Assembly: GCA_951406725.2 (NCBI GenBank)
Contig: OX597818.1
Span: 51,088,001-51,152,000 of the forward strand
Source: Octopus vulgaris
Taxonomy: Eukaryota
Direction of reading: 5' to 3'
Length of the DNA stretch: 64,000 nucleotides
A program made the position numbers and the translations under genes. The number at the start of each line of letters is the position of its first letter. Position 1 is the first letter of the stretch. Of this stretch, positions 23,567 to 37,270 are shown piece after piece. The notes beneath the pieces are model-generated. The model ran no database searches. It worked only from the letters and a program-made list of their open reading frames with translations, and had not been told where the DNA came from.

Positions 23567-25442
23567 TATTATTATTATTATTATTATCACTACTAAGGCG
23601 GCGAGCTAGCTGAATCGTTGGCACGTTGGACGAAATGCTTAGCGTATTTGTAGAAAATCTCATTAAAATTGTTCCTTAACGGTATTTCGCCCATCGCTAC
23701 ATTCTGAGTTCAAATTCTGCCGAAGTCGACTATACCGTTCATCCTTTCGGGATCGATAAATTAAGTACCAGTCGGAATAAACGACTCATCCCCTCTCCCA
23801 GAACTGCTGCCCTTTGAAACTATTATTATTATTATTAATATTATTGTTTCAAATTGTTTTCATAGTTACGTTTTTTTCATGACTATAATATGATTTCATA
23901 AAGCATAATTATAGCTTAAAATTATGCCTTTTATCATGCCCCTGATATCCTTCCATAGACCATAAATAGGTGAGGCGCTCAGATTCAAATTCAATTCTAT
24001 CCACGTCTTGAAACGTGAAGTATGAAAAATCTTCACTACATTCCGTTCTCTGTGATCTTTTGATATTTGACCAGTCACATGCTTCTCTATCTCTCTCTAT
24101 CTCTCTCTCTTTCTGACAAACACACTCTGCTATCAGTTTGTCTTTGACTCTCCATCTTTTTGCTATAACATCTTGGAGCATTGGGTATCATTCAGACAAG
24201 TATTGGTAGTATAAGTCCTGAAACGTTGCACAATTCGTTGAAGTTTCATCAGTATATTCAAGACCTTACTCAAGGTTGTCCAAACAGTGAAAAATGAAGT
24301 TCAAATTTGAATCAAAATTTGACAAAAACAAAATGGAAATGTGTATTGGAAGTTTTCTCGGTGCACTCTGCGTGTTAGTCGAACATCACTAAGACAAGCG
24401 GAGAAGTTTAAAGTAGTTCGGGGCCGTATTCTCGAGAGAGAGAGAGAGGAAGCAGGGGATTGAATTGGAGGCTAGAATTGCATGTGCTGGTACAGTAATG
24501 CGGTAGCTCCTGTATTCGATCTTCTGTAGAGGAGAGGTTGGTAAGAAGGCCAAAATTATTCTTCTATTCGGTTTTCGAGCCTGTCATCACTGAGAGTATG
24601 ATCGCAAATTCAAGCGGCCAATTCTGCGAAGGTTCTCAAGAGTAATGTTACTGGACAAGAGTCCGTATTGTGTGTGCAATGCATATTTAAAATCATTGAT
24701 GTATTAATATATTAAAAATCGGAGTTTAGGGAACCTTTCATGGTCGAGTCACTGTATTGTTCTCTGTATTGAGAACATGTTCTCTGTATTGAGAGGCCAC
24801 GGCTCCAGTAATATGGACAAGTGATTAGAATGTCACAGGGAAGAATCTCAAGACAAATTCCTTGAGCCAAACCAAGCGGCAGATCTAGGAGTAGATCATG
24901 AGCGACGTGGTTGAGTAATATCCATAGTCTAAGATGATCACGCTTGAGAATCCAACCGGAACGTGTAATGATGGTTGCTTCTGACAGAGCTTTAAGGACG
25001 AGGAGCCTGAGAACTCAACCCCAATGCCCCTCCTTAGAATAATTGGTTGAAAAGCTGGATGGATGGATGCATGCATGCATTTTTATTGATTCTGACCTAT
25101 ATTTTAATTTTTTTTTTAATTCGGTTGCCCCTCTTTTCTCCTGATTTCAACTTTTATGATTATTCCTCGGTTTTATGACTCTGAAATTTTAAACAGAATG
25201 TCTGAAGATAAGCGGGAAGCAATTTGTTCGAAATTCCAATTCTGTAATAAAAGTGACATGATTTATAGATGGATGTGAATGTTCCAAGAGGATTCGCGTA
25301 TATTTATTCCAATACTGCAGCTGTTTGTCATGGCAGCAGACTGGCAAAATCGTTAGACGCCGGTCGAAATGCTTAGCGGCATTTCGTCCGTCTTTACGTT
25401 CTGAGTTCAAATTCCGCCGAGGTCGACTTTCCATCTTTGTTG

Positions 25443-25489
<47 letters not shown>

Positions 25490-25738
25490 GGATACTAAGG
25501 CGGCGATCTAGCAGAATCGTTAGGGAGCTGGACGAAATGCTCAACAGTATTTCGCCCGTCGTCACGTTCTGAGTTCAAATTCCGCCGAGGTCGACTTTGC
25601 CTATTCATGCTTTCAGGGGTCGATAAAATAAATACCAGTTGAGCACTGGGGTCGATGTAATCGACTTATCCAGAAATTGCTGGCCTTGTGTTAAAATTTG
25701 AAACTAATATTACAGGTGTATTCATGTGTGTGTATGTG

Positions 25739-25807
<69 letters not shown>

Positions 25808-27110
25808 AAAAGAGTAGAAAGGCGTCGCACGCAGTTCGAGTATGCCTTCCCGGTGTAGCAAATGATTTATTCACTCGGTGGTGGAGGATGTGTTTATGTA
25901 TGGATAGGAATATTAGTGAGGTCAAATATTTTGGTGTAAACATTATTGTAAGTATAATACATATCAACATATGTAAGAATATATCAGCGTATGTCCATAT
26001 TGCGTGTGCAATGTATATTTAAAAACAGTGATGTATAAATATATTAAAAATCAGTATTACTATCCGCGATGCTTTTATTTTTAATTAAAGATAAACAGTA
26101 TATCATTTGAATCCATATTTAAATGGAATTTCTTAACTGGATTATCAAATTTCTTTTCACTATTATTATCATGTTCTCGTTAATAAAAATGATGAAATTT
26201 AAAGACACAAAAGTACCAAGAAAATGAATAATTTATAATGTTACCTTAATGTTTTTACATAATGTTAAAACTTCGCAACATTTGCATGTCCTTACAAATT
26301 TCTATTTGTTTATCAAACTTGATTCAAACTTTAACGTCTATCTCCGTCATCTACGTTTCTGTTTCCTTTCTGTGTATACATGAAAGTATGGTTCTTATAA
26401 ATTTATACTCCGTGGATGTATATAAAGACATAAAGATGGATTTATATATATATAAATATGTGTATGTAACTATGTATGTATAATTAGTATAGCTACACAA
26501 GTGTGCCCCCACCCGACTCGAATTTCTTTCTTCATAATTTTCAGAAACACGGATATTTTTTAATGAAACTTTCTTCAAATACTTTTATGATAAGTGTAGA
26601 TTCCGATTATATTGGTTTTACGAATTTAATCTACGATACATAACTGATTAAGAGATTCAACTTGTTATCTTATCCTTCGATTATAGAGTTTCAATAAAGT
26701 TCTGAAAAGTCCATAATCGAATCTACACCATAAGAAAGGTATTTTTAGAAAATCTCATTAAAATTGTTCCTTTTTTCTGAGGTTATACAGAAACAAAGTC
26801 GGTGAGACACTTGTATGCCTCACCGGTTTCTGTAGGTATAACTATGTTGTTGTTATTATTATTATTATTATCATTATTAAGGCGGCGAACTGGCAGAATC
26901 GTTAGCACGCCAGACCAGATGCTTAGCTGCATTTCGTCCGTCGCTACGTTCTGAGTTCAAATTCCACCGAGGTCGACTTTGCCATTCATCCTTTCGGGGT
27001 CGATGAAATAAGTACCAGTTACACACTGGGGTCGGTGAAATCAACTTAATCCCTTTCCCCAAATTTGAGGCCTTGCGCTTCCAGTAGACAGAATTATAAT
27101 TATTAATATT

Positions 27111-27146
<36 letters not shown>

Positions 27147-27475
27147 GCAAGATGGCAGAATCGTTAGCAAGCCCGACCAAATGTATAGCTGCATTTCGTC
27201 CGTCACTACGTTCTGAGTTCAAATTCCACTGAGGTAGACTTGCCTTTCTACAACCGAAGTCGATAAAATAAGTACCAGTTGAGCACTGGAGTCAATTTAA
27301 TCGACTGTCCCCTTTCCCACAAATTCCATGCCTTGTGCCTATAGTAGAAGTGATTATTATAATTTTATTTTAATTTTTCAATAGGTTCAAGATACAAAGT
27401 GACTCAGAGGCTGAGGGTTTCGTGCATAGCAATATACGAAATTCGGCTTTTGAGTTACTTTGTAATTTCTGCCGC

Positions 27476-27748
27476 ATATATAATATATATATATATATAC
27501 ATATATATGTATGTATATATATATATATACATACATATATATATATATATGCATATATACATATATATATATACATATATATACATATATATGTATGTAT
27601 ATATATACATATATACATACATATGTATATATATATACATGCATATATACATATATATATGTATACATACACATACATATATACATACACATACATATAT
27701 AAATACACATGCATATATAAATATACATGCATATATAAATATACATGC

Positions 27749-27787
<39 letters not shown>

Positions 27788-27960
27788 GTTCAAATTTACG
27801 CATACATAAACATATATATATATATATATATATGTTTGTATGTATATATATATATGTATGTATATGCTTATATATATATGTGTGTGTGTGTGTATGCGCG
27901 TGTGTATGTATGTATATTTACACATGTATATCTATGTATGAATGTATGTGTATAAGTGTA
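27476..27960. repeat. TA-rich compound microsatellite
   Basis: Directly visible. Confidence 0.9.
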
Positions 27961-28754
27961 TGTAACTTGACATGTCATTTCATCGTAAAAACATTCCAAA
28001 CATAAGAATCCCACTGTCTGATTCATAGAAATGTTTGATTCCAGGCGTTTCTTACTTGGCTTTTCTTGTAATATTACCACAACCTTGGTGATAAAATTTG
28101 ATGGCATTAAGTGATGGCTTTTAATATATTCATACATCAATTGAGTTTAATGGCTACTAAAATTCTACAATGGGCCTCCGGACAACAAAAGAATATTTCA
28201 GAAACAGTCACTTCGTTTTCACTTTTACCGTTTAAATATTAGGGAATATATTAATGAGAAATAAAAAGAAAACTGGATTATATTCCGAATTTAAAATAAA
28301 GGATAACAAAAAATGATGGCTTCCACAGAATTCCATACACGTTCATCTAAGAATACTGAGAATTCTATTTCTGGTTAAACATGCATCTAATTTTTCTTTA
28401 TATTTTGAAATTATATATTCTATTATCTTTCTGCTTTAATCTGCTGTAAATACTGACGGCTGTGACAGCCAAAGCTATAAGTCTACTCACAAAAGGCTAA
28501 ATTTCTTCTTTTCCACTGATTTCCTCTTGTTAATATTGTTAAACCACTGGCTGTTATTTTTAATATCCTTCTACACCATTAAATTTATGTACAAAACTTA
28601 CATCGTTATATTGCTCTGTATACATTAAAAAGAATTATACATTTCCATTTCAAATTGTTTTTCAAATACTTTTTAAAATGCTAAAAGAAAAGATGCTTTG
28701 CATAATATCTTGCTTTTTTGCTTTCTTTTTCTAAGCATATCTATCCACTTTTTG

Positions 28755-28795
28755 TATATGTATATGTGTATGTACATATATATGTGTGTGCATGT

Positions 28796-28850
<55 letters not shown>

Positions 28851-29125
28851 ATATATGTATGTATATATATATGTGTATATATATATATATGTATATATAT
28901 GTGTATATATATACGTATATATATATGTATATATTTATATATGTATATATATGTATATATATATGTATATATATATATGTGTATATATGTATATATATAT
29001 GTATATATATATGTGTATACATATGTATATATATATGTATATATATATGTATATATATATATGTATATATATATATATGTGTATATATATGTATATATAT
29101 ATGTATATATATGTATATATATATG

Positions 29126-29158
<33 letters not shown>

Positions 29159-29193
29159 GTATATATATGTATATATATATATATATATGTATA

Positions 29194-29238
<45 letters not shown>

Positions 29239-29239
29239 G

Positions 29240-29270
<31 letters not shown>

Positions 29271-29335
29271 GTATATATATATGTATATATATGTATATAT
29301 ATATGCATATATATATGTATATATATATGTATATA

Positions 29336-29379
<44 letters not shown>

Positions 29380-29402
29380 CATATATGTATATATATATGT
29401 AT
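28755..29402. repeat. (TA)n/(TATG) compound microsatellite
   Basis: Directly visible. Confidence 0.95.
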
Positions 29403-30112
29403 AATAACAATAATATTAGGGAGTATAACTCCACACTTACAGAGAAAAATTCAAGTTAGTATTAAATCAAATTTCACAATATATATATATAATATAAAGT
29501 AGAGATAAAACCACTATTATGCAACTCAAACAGTTATAGACATAAACCAAAACATAAATAACAAATAATATATATTTTTATAAAACATATAACTTGATCT
29601 CAAAAAGTATAAAAATGAACGATCAATATATAATAAGTAAAAAATCTACGTACGTTTCATGGCTACAATTAAATTCGAATTACAATTAAGTTTAAATTCC
29701 ATTGAAATAAATTCTATTTAAAATTATAGTCAATCTTCAGGTTAATGATAATAGTTAAATAAATAAGCAAATAGAGTTAATCAATATTTATTTAAAAAAT
29801 AAATAAAATAATTTTTCTCATAGACAAAAACTCCATTAACTAAACTTGAAACTTAAAACATTAGGATTATTTCCTACAACACATTTATTATGTTAAATAT
29901 TTAATTTTTAAGGTAAAAAATAGATATAAATAGGTATTTATCTTTGAAGATATAATTTGGCTTAAAAAACATAATAAACTATCGAATGTCTTTAACTCAG
30001 TTATACTCCAATATTTAATTACCAAATTATTTAACAAAATAATCACTATTAATATTTTTAGATTTAAGTTCACATCTAATAATTATAAAATAACAAATAC
30101 ATAAAAATAAGT

Positions 30113-30512
30113 GGATCTTTTAGGTTTGAACATAACTTCTAGGTAACTAAAAAACTTTAAACTTCATATACTGGTAGAATGTGTTTATAAAACGTCTTTT
30201 TCTCTTGGCTATAGTTTGTAAGATATTTGTTGTTGTTTTTCTTCAATTTCTGCAATTTCAACCAATCAGTGACGTCTATTGAGGTGAAAAGCTTTCTGTG
30301 CCATATGAATATGCCCCTCGTTTAAGAAACAGATTGGGTTTATTTACATTTCTGAAGAAAAAAAAGATACCCTTCCACCCCACCCCTAACCCTAACTAAC
30401 CCTAACCCTAAAACAGATTGAAATGCAATAGATCGATACTAGGGTCATAATTATCGGTGACAATTTCATATGACACCACTAGAAAAAACTGCCGTTCAAA
30501 CCGAAAAGATCC
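30113..30512. mobile_element. Second copy of the GGATC-TIR MITE (left TIR partly deleted)
   Basis: Highly similar to 5081-5497; ends ...CCGAAAAGATCC. Confidence 0.85.
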
Positions 30513-31257
30513 ATATTTTTAGATTTAAGTTCACATCTAATAATTATAAAATAATAAATACATAAAAATAAGTATCTAAATTATAATCAACAAATATAGT
30601 AATTAAAAATCTAAAATTTTCTCTATCAATAAATATACAAGCATATAACCAAAAATAAATTAGTCCATTATTACTTACATAAATATTATAAATATCTATA
30701 GAATATATTTATGAAATAGAAATAAAAATTTGAACAATCAAATTAAAAACGTATAACCTGTTTTTTAAAAAAACTTATTATTACTATTATCATCATTATT
30801 ATCATCATTATCAAAAACATTTTTACGATCTATATACCACAGTGACTAACTAATATCTTAAAATTTGCGTTCAGATATAATAATTATATACTAATAATAA
30901 TTAAATAAATGTACATATCTAAATTATCATTAACAACTAAAATAATTATAAATTCAAATTTAATAATCAATAGATATATAGAATACTATATAATTTCTTA
31001 AATAAAAAAAGTTTACTTAACTCTCGAAAAGCGTGTCATTAACTAAAATTTCAAAACGGAAAATATTATTTGAAATTTTAGTTAATGACACATTTTTCGA
31101 GAGTTAAGTAAACTTTCAAACTTCTCCGTTTCTATTACCACATTTTCACACGGTACAGCGGCTACTGCCGCGAACATTTTTGCTGGATCATGCAGCTGGT
31201 TTGCTTCTTGAATTATTTCGACCGACATATTCGTTCGAAATAAATTTACACAATTTA

Positions 31258-31660
31258 ATCCCAGATAATGGGAAACCTATAATTTTTTACTTTTTTTCCT
31301 CTCAACGAGAACAACAGTTCAAATCCCAACCCCGCTGGGGGAGGGGGGCGAGACGTAGCAACAAAGCCTACAACGTTCGAAATTAAATTTTTCACACAAT
31401 AATAAAAATACAGTATCCCAAAAAATGGGAAACCTATAATATTTTTTTCCTCACAACGAGGACAACAGTTCGAATCTCACTCCCGCTAGGGGTGGGTGCC
31501 ACAATAGAGCCTACAACGGCTAAAATTTAATTTTTCACAATAATAAGATTATCCCAAAAAACAGGAAACCTGTAATATATTTTCCTCTTAATAAGGATAA
31601 CAGTTCAAATCCCACACTCGCTGGGGGAGGGGCACGACAATAAAGCCTACAATGGCTTTA
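31258..31660. repeat. Three ~135-157-bp tandem units
   Basis: Units start ATCCCA...GGAAACCT(A/G)TAAT and contain AACAGTTC(A/G)AATC...CGCT(G/A)GGG and AGCCTACAA. Confidence 0.8.
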
Positions 31661-32699
31661 ATAAGTTCAATATTTCAACAATTTGCAACAGCAAATGTGG
31701 CTTTACACAAACAATTACTTTCTCCCGTCAACGGGAAAAAGCGCAAAAATGTTCAAAGTTTCAAAGTTCAACAATATTCAACAGTTTGAAAATGTTCAAC
31801 AATAAACAGTCAACAATTCCAACGAAAAGTTTATACAACGTTCAAAAAAACGTTTGACTCACCACCAAAAATACACGTCTATCCACGAGACATGTAAGCA
31901 AGCTACTTACCACACAGCCACTCCTACGCCTACCTGTTTCAATCATGCTGGAGCACCGTCTTTAGTCGAACCAACCGACCCCAGGACTTATTCTTTGTAA
32001 CCCTAGTACTCATTCTGTCATTTTCTTTTGCCGAACCGCTATGTTACGGGGACATAAACACACCAGCATCGGTTGTCAAGTGATAATGTGGGAACAAACA
32101 CAGACACACAAATACATGCATATATATATATATATATAGATATATATATATATATATATATATACGACGGGCTTCTTTCAGTTTCCGTCTACCAAATCCA
32201 TTCACAAGGTTTTGGTCGGCCCGAGGCTATAGTAGAAGACATTTGCCCAAGGTACCACGCAGTGGGACTGAACCCGGAACCATGTGGTTGGTAACCATAC
32301 AGTCACTCCTCACATATTTGCTTCAGTCATTAGACTGCAGCCACGCTGGAGCACCGTCTTGAAGAGTTCAGTCGAACAAAACGATATCAGGACTTATTTT
32401 TGAGCTTGCTGCTTATTCTATCGGTCACTTTTGCCGAATCGCTAAGATTACGTGGCCGTAAACACACCAACACCGGTTGTCAAGCAGTGGTGGGAACCAA
32501 ACACAAACACACAACACACAGACACACAGACACACACAAACACACATATATATATACACGACGGGCTTCTTTTTGATTCCGTCTACCAAACCCACTCACA
32601 AGGCTTTAGTCGGCCCGGGGCTATAGAAGAAGACACTTGACCATGGTGCCACACAATCAGACTGAACCCGAAACCATGTGGTTGGCAAGCAAACTTATT

Positions 32700-33630
32700 A
32701 ACGCACAGACACCTTGTTTCTCTGAGCTGTTGCAACTGCTTTTCGTTCTGCCGTGGAGATCCTATTCCTCATCAGCCGTGCAAGCCTCTGTTTATCAATT
32801 TGAGATGCTCTGGCTTTTGTAGTGCACAGTCTGTTCGTCTCTTGGTGTGCTTCCCTTTCTGCGGCTCTCTCTTTCCCTGGACAGAGACATTCTTTTGGCT
32901 GACCTTGATATTGTAGACAAATTTGACACTTTCCATCTACGCATGGTTATATACGTATACAAAAATACACGGGTGCAGAAGATAGTAAACAATGAAAATA
33001 ACTGGGTAACGGAAATTATATGTCTTAATACGACGGGTAGAAAGTAAATAAGACATTTTTACGGACAATAAAGAATTGTGCGGGTTGAAGCGAAATTTGT
33101 CACTTAGTGAACCAAAGAGCCAGTATCGAAGAAAACAGAAAAAAGACCGTAACAACAAAAAACACAAAATCGTTGCAAAAGTAAATAGGAAATTTTTAGG
33201 AAAATTAACTGAGTGTACGAATTTAAGTGAAATTTTTGAAGTTACTTCTCTCAGTAAATTATGAACTTACTTTTATCAGTAATTCCGTCAACAACAAAAG
33301 ACACAAAACGTTGCACATGTAAATAAGAAATTAGTAGGCAAATTTAATGAAGTGTACGGATCAAAGTGAAATTTATGAAGTTACTTCTGTCAGTAAATTA
33401 TGAACGAAATTACTTTCATCAGTAATTGTGAACTTCTTTCTGTCAGTAATTTGTCGTTGTTGTTTGTAAATAGTGATTGAAAACTTACAGTGAAAACAAT
33501 AGCGATTGAACTGAGAGTGAAAACAATAGCATCTGAAAAATGAAACTGAAAACACAGTTGAAATATACGGCCGTTATAATCTTTTACACGCATACACACA
33601 CAGACAGAACGGGATTTATATTTTAGATTT
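32700..33630 (-). mobile_element. Helitron/Helentron-like relic
   Basis: Minus strand MRRWKVSNLSTISRSAKRMSLSRERE followed by a frameshifted R/E-rich segment resembling Helitron Rep N-termini; ~140-bp tandem duplication 33150-33430; HINE-like end ACAGACAGA...TTTATATTTTAGAT. Confidence 0.45.
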
Positions 33631-33820
33631 ACTAACTGGAACCAAGCTAAGGGCGGAGATTACCCGTTCGTTGATTAGGACCGTAAAACTTTACTAAGCG
33701 AAACAGATTTAAGGGTGATAACTCGTCCCACCTAAAACTCAGACAGTTTATTTTTTTTGTTTACAAAATTAACTGGCCGTAACGTTTTGCTATATTCAGT
33801 TTTACTATATCCAAGGCCAT

Positions 33821-33884
33821 TGGAGTTTGACGAAGCGTCTATAAGGCAAAGTGCTTTATAGGTGCGAAACTAGTGGTCACTCCA
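33821..33884 (+). ncRNA. Type I hammerhead-like motif with one core substitution
   Basis: Stem I TGGAGT/ACTCCA; TTGACGA (C3>T); 14-bp stem II GCGTCTATAAGGCA/TGCTTTATAGGTGC; GAAAC-TAGTG-GTC. Confidence 0.6.
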
Positions 33885-34957
33885 TGACAGACCATATAAC
33901 TAACTTTCTATAAATACATTACTGCTCTAACGTATAGAGTGTGCTTCTTTTTCGGATATATGATCCACTGACGAGCCAGTACATACATACATATACATTC
34001 TTTAAGTTCGTTCTCAGGAATCGTTTTTGAGTACACATATAAAAGCTATTTTATTTCGGCTGCTGCCTAATGGTACCAACTTGCAATAGGAGTTTTATGG
34101 AGTTGTACCGAGTTGTGCCGTTTTAATGTAGGATAAATATAGTCATAATAATAATAATACTCCATAAATGGAATTTATAAATATTTTAAAGCATTGCTAC
34201 GTGCGTTTCCACAAATAACTTGTTTCTTATGATCATAGTTCGTATTCCTGGAATGATTACAGTACAATCCATAATATCCATGGACATCAGGGGAATTTTA
34301 GTTTAAGCGTTCATTTCATCAGGCGATATGGCATTAAAGTTGGAAGAGACGAATGTATAACTGAAGGCTGTTTATCAATTTTCACCAATCAAAAGGTTCA
34401 TTTGAGTATACGGGCAGTGCTGTATGTATTTGAGAGGGAGAAATAGAAGGTGGTGGGGAGAGAGAAAGGAATGGTAATGATAAAGGAGAGGGAGGAGTGC
34501 GTAGTGAGGCTAGACTTGTTTTGATATTTGTGAGGGCATAGTTTGGGATGGGTAGTATAGTACATTGGTTTGACCTTAGTCACAGCAGGCACTTCCTCAA
34601 TGAATTCAGATGTTGTAGGATCAAGAAGCAAATTTTGTTTTGGTGATGAAGTTCATTGTCTGAGTCGACAAATGATATTTCCCTATAGGGTTCTTTTAGT
34701 TACTTATGGTGGTACAATGACATAGCAAAGGAAAAGAAAGGTCTACTCATACCTCGGTACTACGGACTAAAAGCGGGGAACATCAAGTACGCTATTCAAT
34801 CTGACAGTGTAAAATACCTGTACACTGTAAATATACTATAATACAGTAAATTCAACATTTTAAATTTAAAATCAAGGCAAGTGTCTTCTACTATAACCTC
34901 GGGCCGACCAAAGCCTTGTGAGTGGATTTGGCTGACGGAAACTGAAAGAAGCCCGTC

Positions 34958-35007
<50 letters not shown>

Positions 35008-35060
35008 ATTTACTTTGATTTGATCTAGTTTCAGCTCATGAGCTGTGGCCATGCTGGGGT

Positions 35061-35118
<58 letters not shown>

Positions 35119-35803
35119 ATGTATTTTTTGTCTGTGCTTGTCCCCCCAAACCACCCACCCACCATCGTTTGACTACCGATGCTGGTGTGCCTACGTCGCC
35201 GTAACGTGGATGGTGAAGAGGCGTTGCTGATATGCCGTGATTTTGTCCGCTGCTTCCGAAATCCGTAGTACCGAGTTCTGTGTGTGTATACATATACAAT
35301 ATCATGCATAAAGAATGCTGAATAATTATGATAACCTACAATATCATTGGACAAGATGTGATATTATTAGAACCAACGGTATTATAGACAAGACAGAAAC
35401 TTATAACCAGAGGCAAATATATTTCGAAGAAGCGTATGCCAACATCTAAGATCTCAATCAAACAATAGATTCTTTGATCACTGTAATAATTTACAAGAAT
35501 ATCAGAGCCAATTTCTTTATTTTCCTTTTTCCTTCATTTCTTCTTATTTGCGTTCCATCTTCCTAACTGAATTTGAAAGCAAAATTTTTCTTTATTCACA
35601 CGTAATAAATTCTTTATATTCTAAAGAACTCTACTTAGATTCTTGCTACTCACTCCAAGAACTGTTATTACTTTTGTGTTACTCTCACCAACTCACGGAA
35701 TGAATACATTGAACAACTGATATTACAAATAAAATTTTTCGATATTTCGTTTACTCCACGTCAACAAGTGCAACGTGTAGTATACGTTGCTATTTTATTG
35801 TTA

Positions 35804-36200
35804 ACTAGCAGTATTGCCCGGCGTTGCTCGGGTTTGTAAGGGAAATAACTATATAAGCATTTTTAGAGATGTAAAGTATAACAGCCATCTCAATATGGCT
35901 AACCACAAAGGGGGGTGTTACTGTAGCTTTTTACGTTCTGAGATTTAATAATAAATTTTTAGAGAGTTACTTCCCTTATGTATGCCAAAAATGCATTAAA
36001 AATGGGAAAAATTGATGGTAATTTTTTTTTTAATCGTAGACTCATCGTAGACGCGCGCTAATACCCAGAAGGGCTCGATATGAATCACGACTATAAGATA
36101 CCCGGTTTTGGTTAAACTGCACCGCAAAATGTGGGAGTAGTTAGGAATCTAAATCGTAGGAGACAGACAACACACAACCTCTCTTTTTTATATAAAGATA
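35804..36200 (+). mobile_element. Non-autonomous Helentron/Helitron-associated element (HINE-like)
   Basis: Starts ACTAGCAGTATTGCCCGGCGTTGCTCGGG (hairpin), ends AGACAGAC...TTTTATATAAAGAT; related copies at 49010-49450, 56580-56975 (-), 60069-60475, 61500-61715. Confidence 0.65.
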
Positions 36201-36929
36201 CTTCGACAAGCTATGCTGTGTCTAGGGAGGTCATTATGCCAATGTTATTAACACACGCACTGGTTTAATTCCACTCCTTTTGAAAACTTAAAAACCAATC
36301 GATTAGTTAGTTGGATATTTAACCAATTGACTAATAATAACGAAGTGGAATTGAACCAGTGTATGTGTTAATTATATTGGCATAATGACTCTCCTGAGAC
36401 ACAACATTTGTGTCAACACACAAATTCGCATAAAGAATCTTGCAAGCTAGATACAAAAACGAAATTTCGACGAGCTACCTAGCACCTATACCACGCTGAG
36501 GAGTGTTCAATGAAAGGCAAAATGAATCTGAAGATATCTGCCTTAATTGTTACTGCTGCTTGTTTGTTTGTTGAGCGAAGCGGTCTTCGTCCCAGTAGGA
36601 GAAGTCCGAAACATGGTCCTTTGCTATTCGTAAGACCCGCAGAAGAGAAAGCAGGTCAAACCCCGACACCAAGAGCATCGACGGATAGATGAATGCGCAT
36701 CCAGGTTCAGCGGTTGCGTAGGAAGTCGGAGACAAGAAACGGGAAGAAAGAGTGAGAGAAAGTTGGAGCGAAAGAGTACAACAGGAGTCGCCACCACCAC
36801 CCCCTGCCGGAGCCTCGTGGAGCTTTAGGTGTTTTCGCTCAATAAACCGCGATCCTCCGACCGCGAGTCCGCTGCCCTAACCACTGGGCCATTGCGCCTC
36901 CATTAGTTGCTGCTGCTGAGGATGATGAT

Positions 36930-37270
36930 GTTATCTTCGTTCGCTTAAAGATCATCAGGCGATAAGAAATTCTCCAAGGGATACCGTTCTGAACCAAACT
37001 GTACCCTTTTTTCCCAGGTGACACTCATCTCGGTCAAATCTTCCCACACAGTCCTGTGCCACGTCTTCACTAGCCTCCCTCTCTTTTCCTTCCTCCTCCA
37101 ACTGTCCACTCGACAGCTGTCCTTGCCGGTCTTTCCAACGATAAGTGCGATACATGGCCCAGCAGCTTTCTTCGTTTGGTTGCAGACTACTTAGGCCAGC
37201 TCTTTTCATGATTTCATTGATTGTGATTTTGGTCACGTCAGGTGATCTTCAGGATATATTTTAGATGCCG
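36930..37270 (-). mobile_element. RTE-like LINE 3' fragment
   Basis: Frameshifted remnants KITINEIMKRAGL...LLGHVSH...LEWT resembling the RTE C-terminus. Confidence 0.5.

Noticed and set aside
36845-36905. tRNA gene on minus strand
   Set aside because: Only the 5' half is tRNA-like and it continues into a repeat body; this is a SINE head
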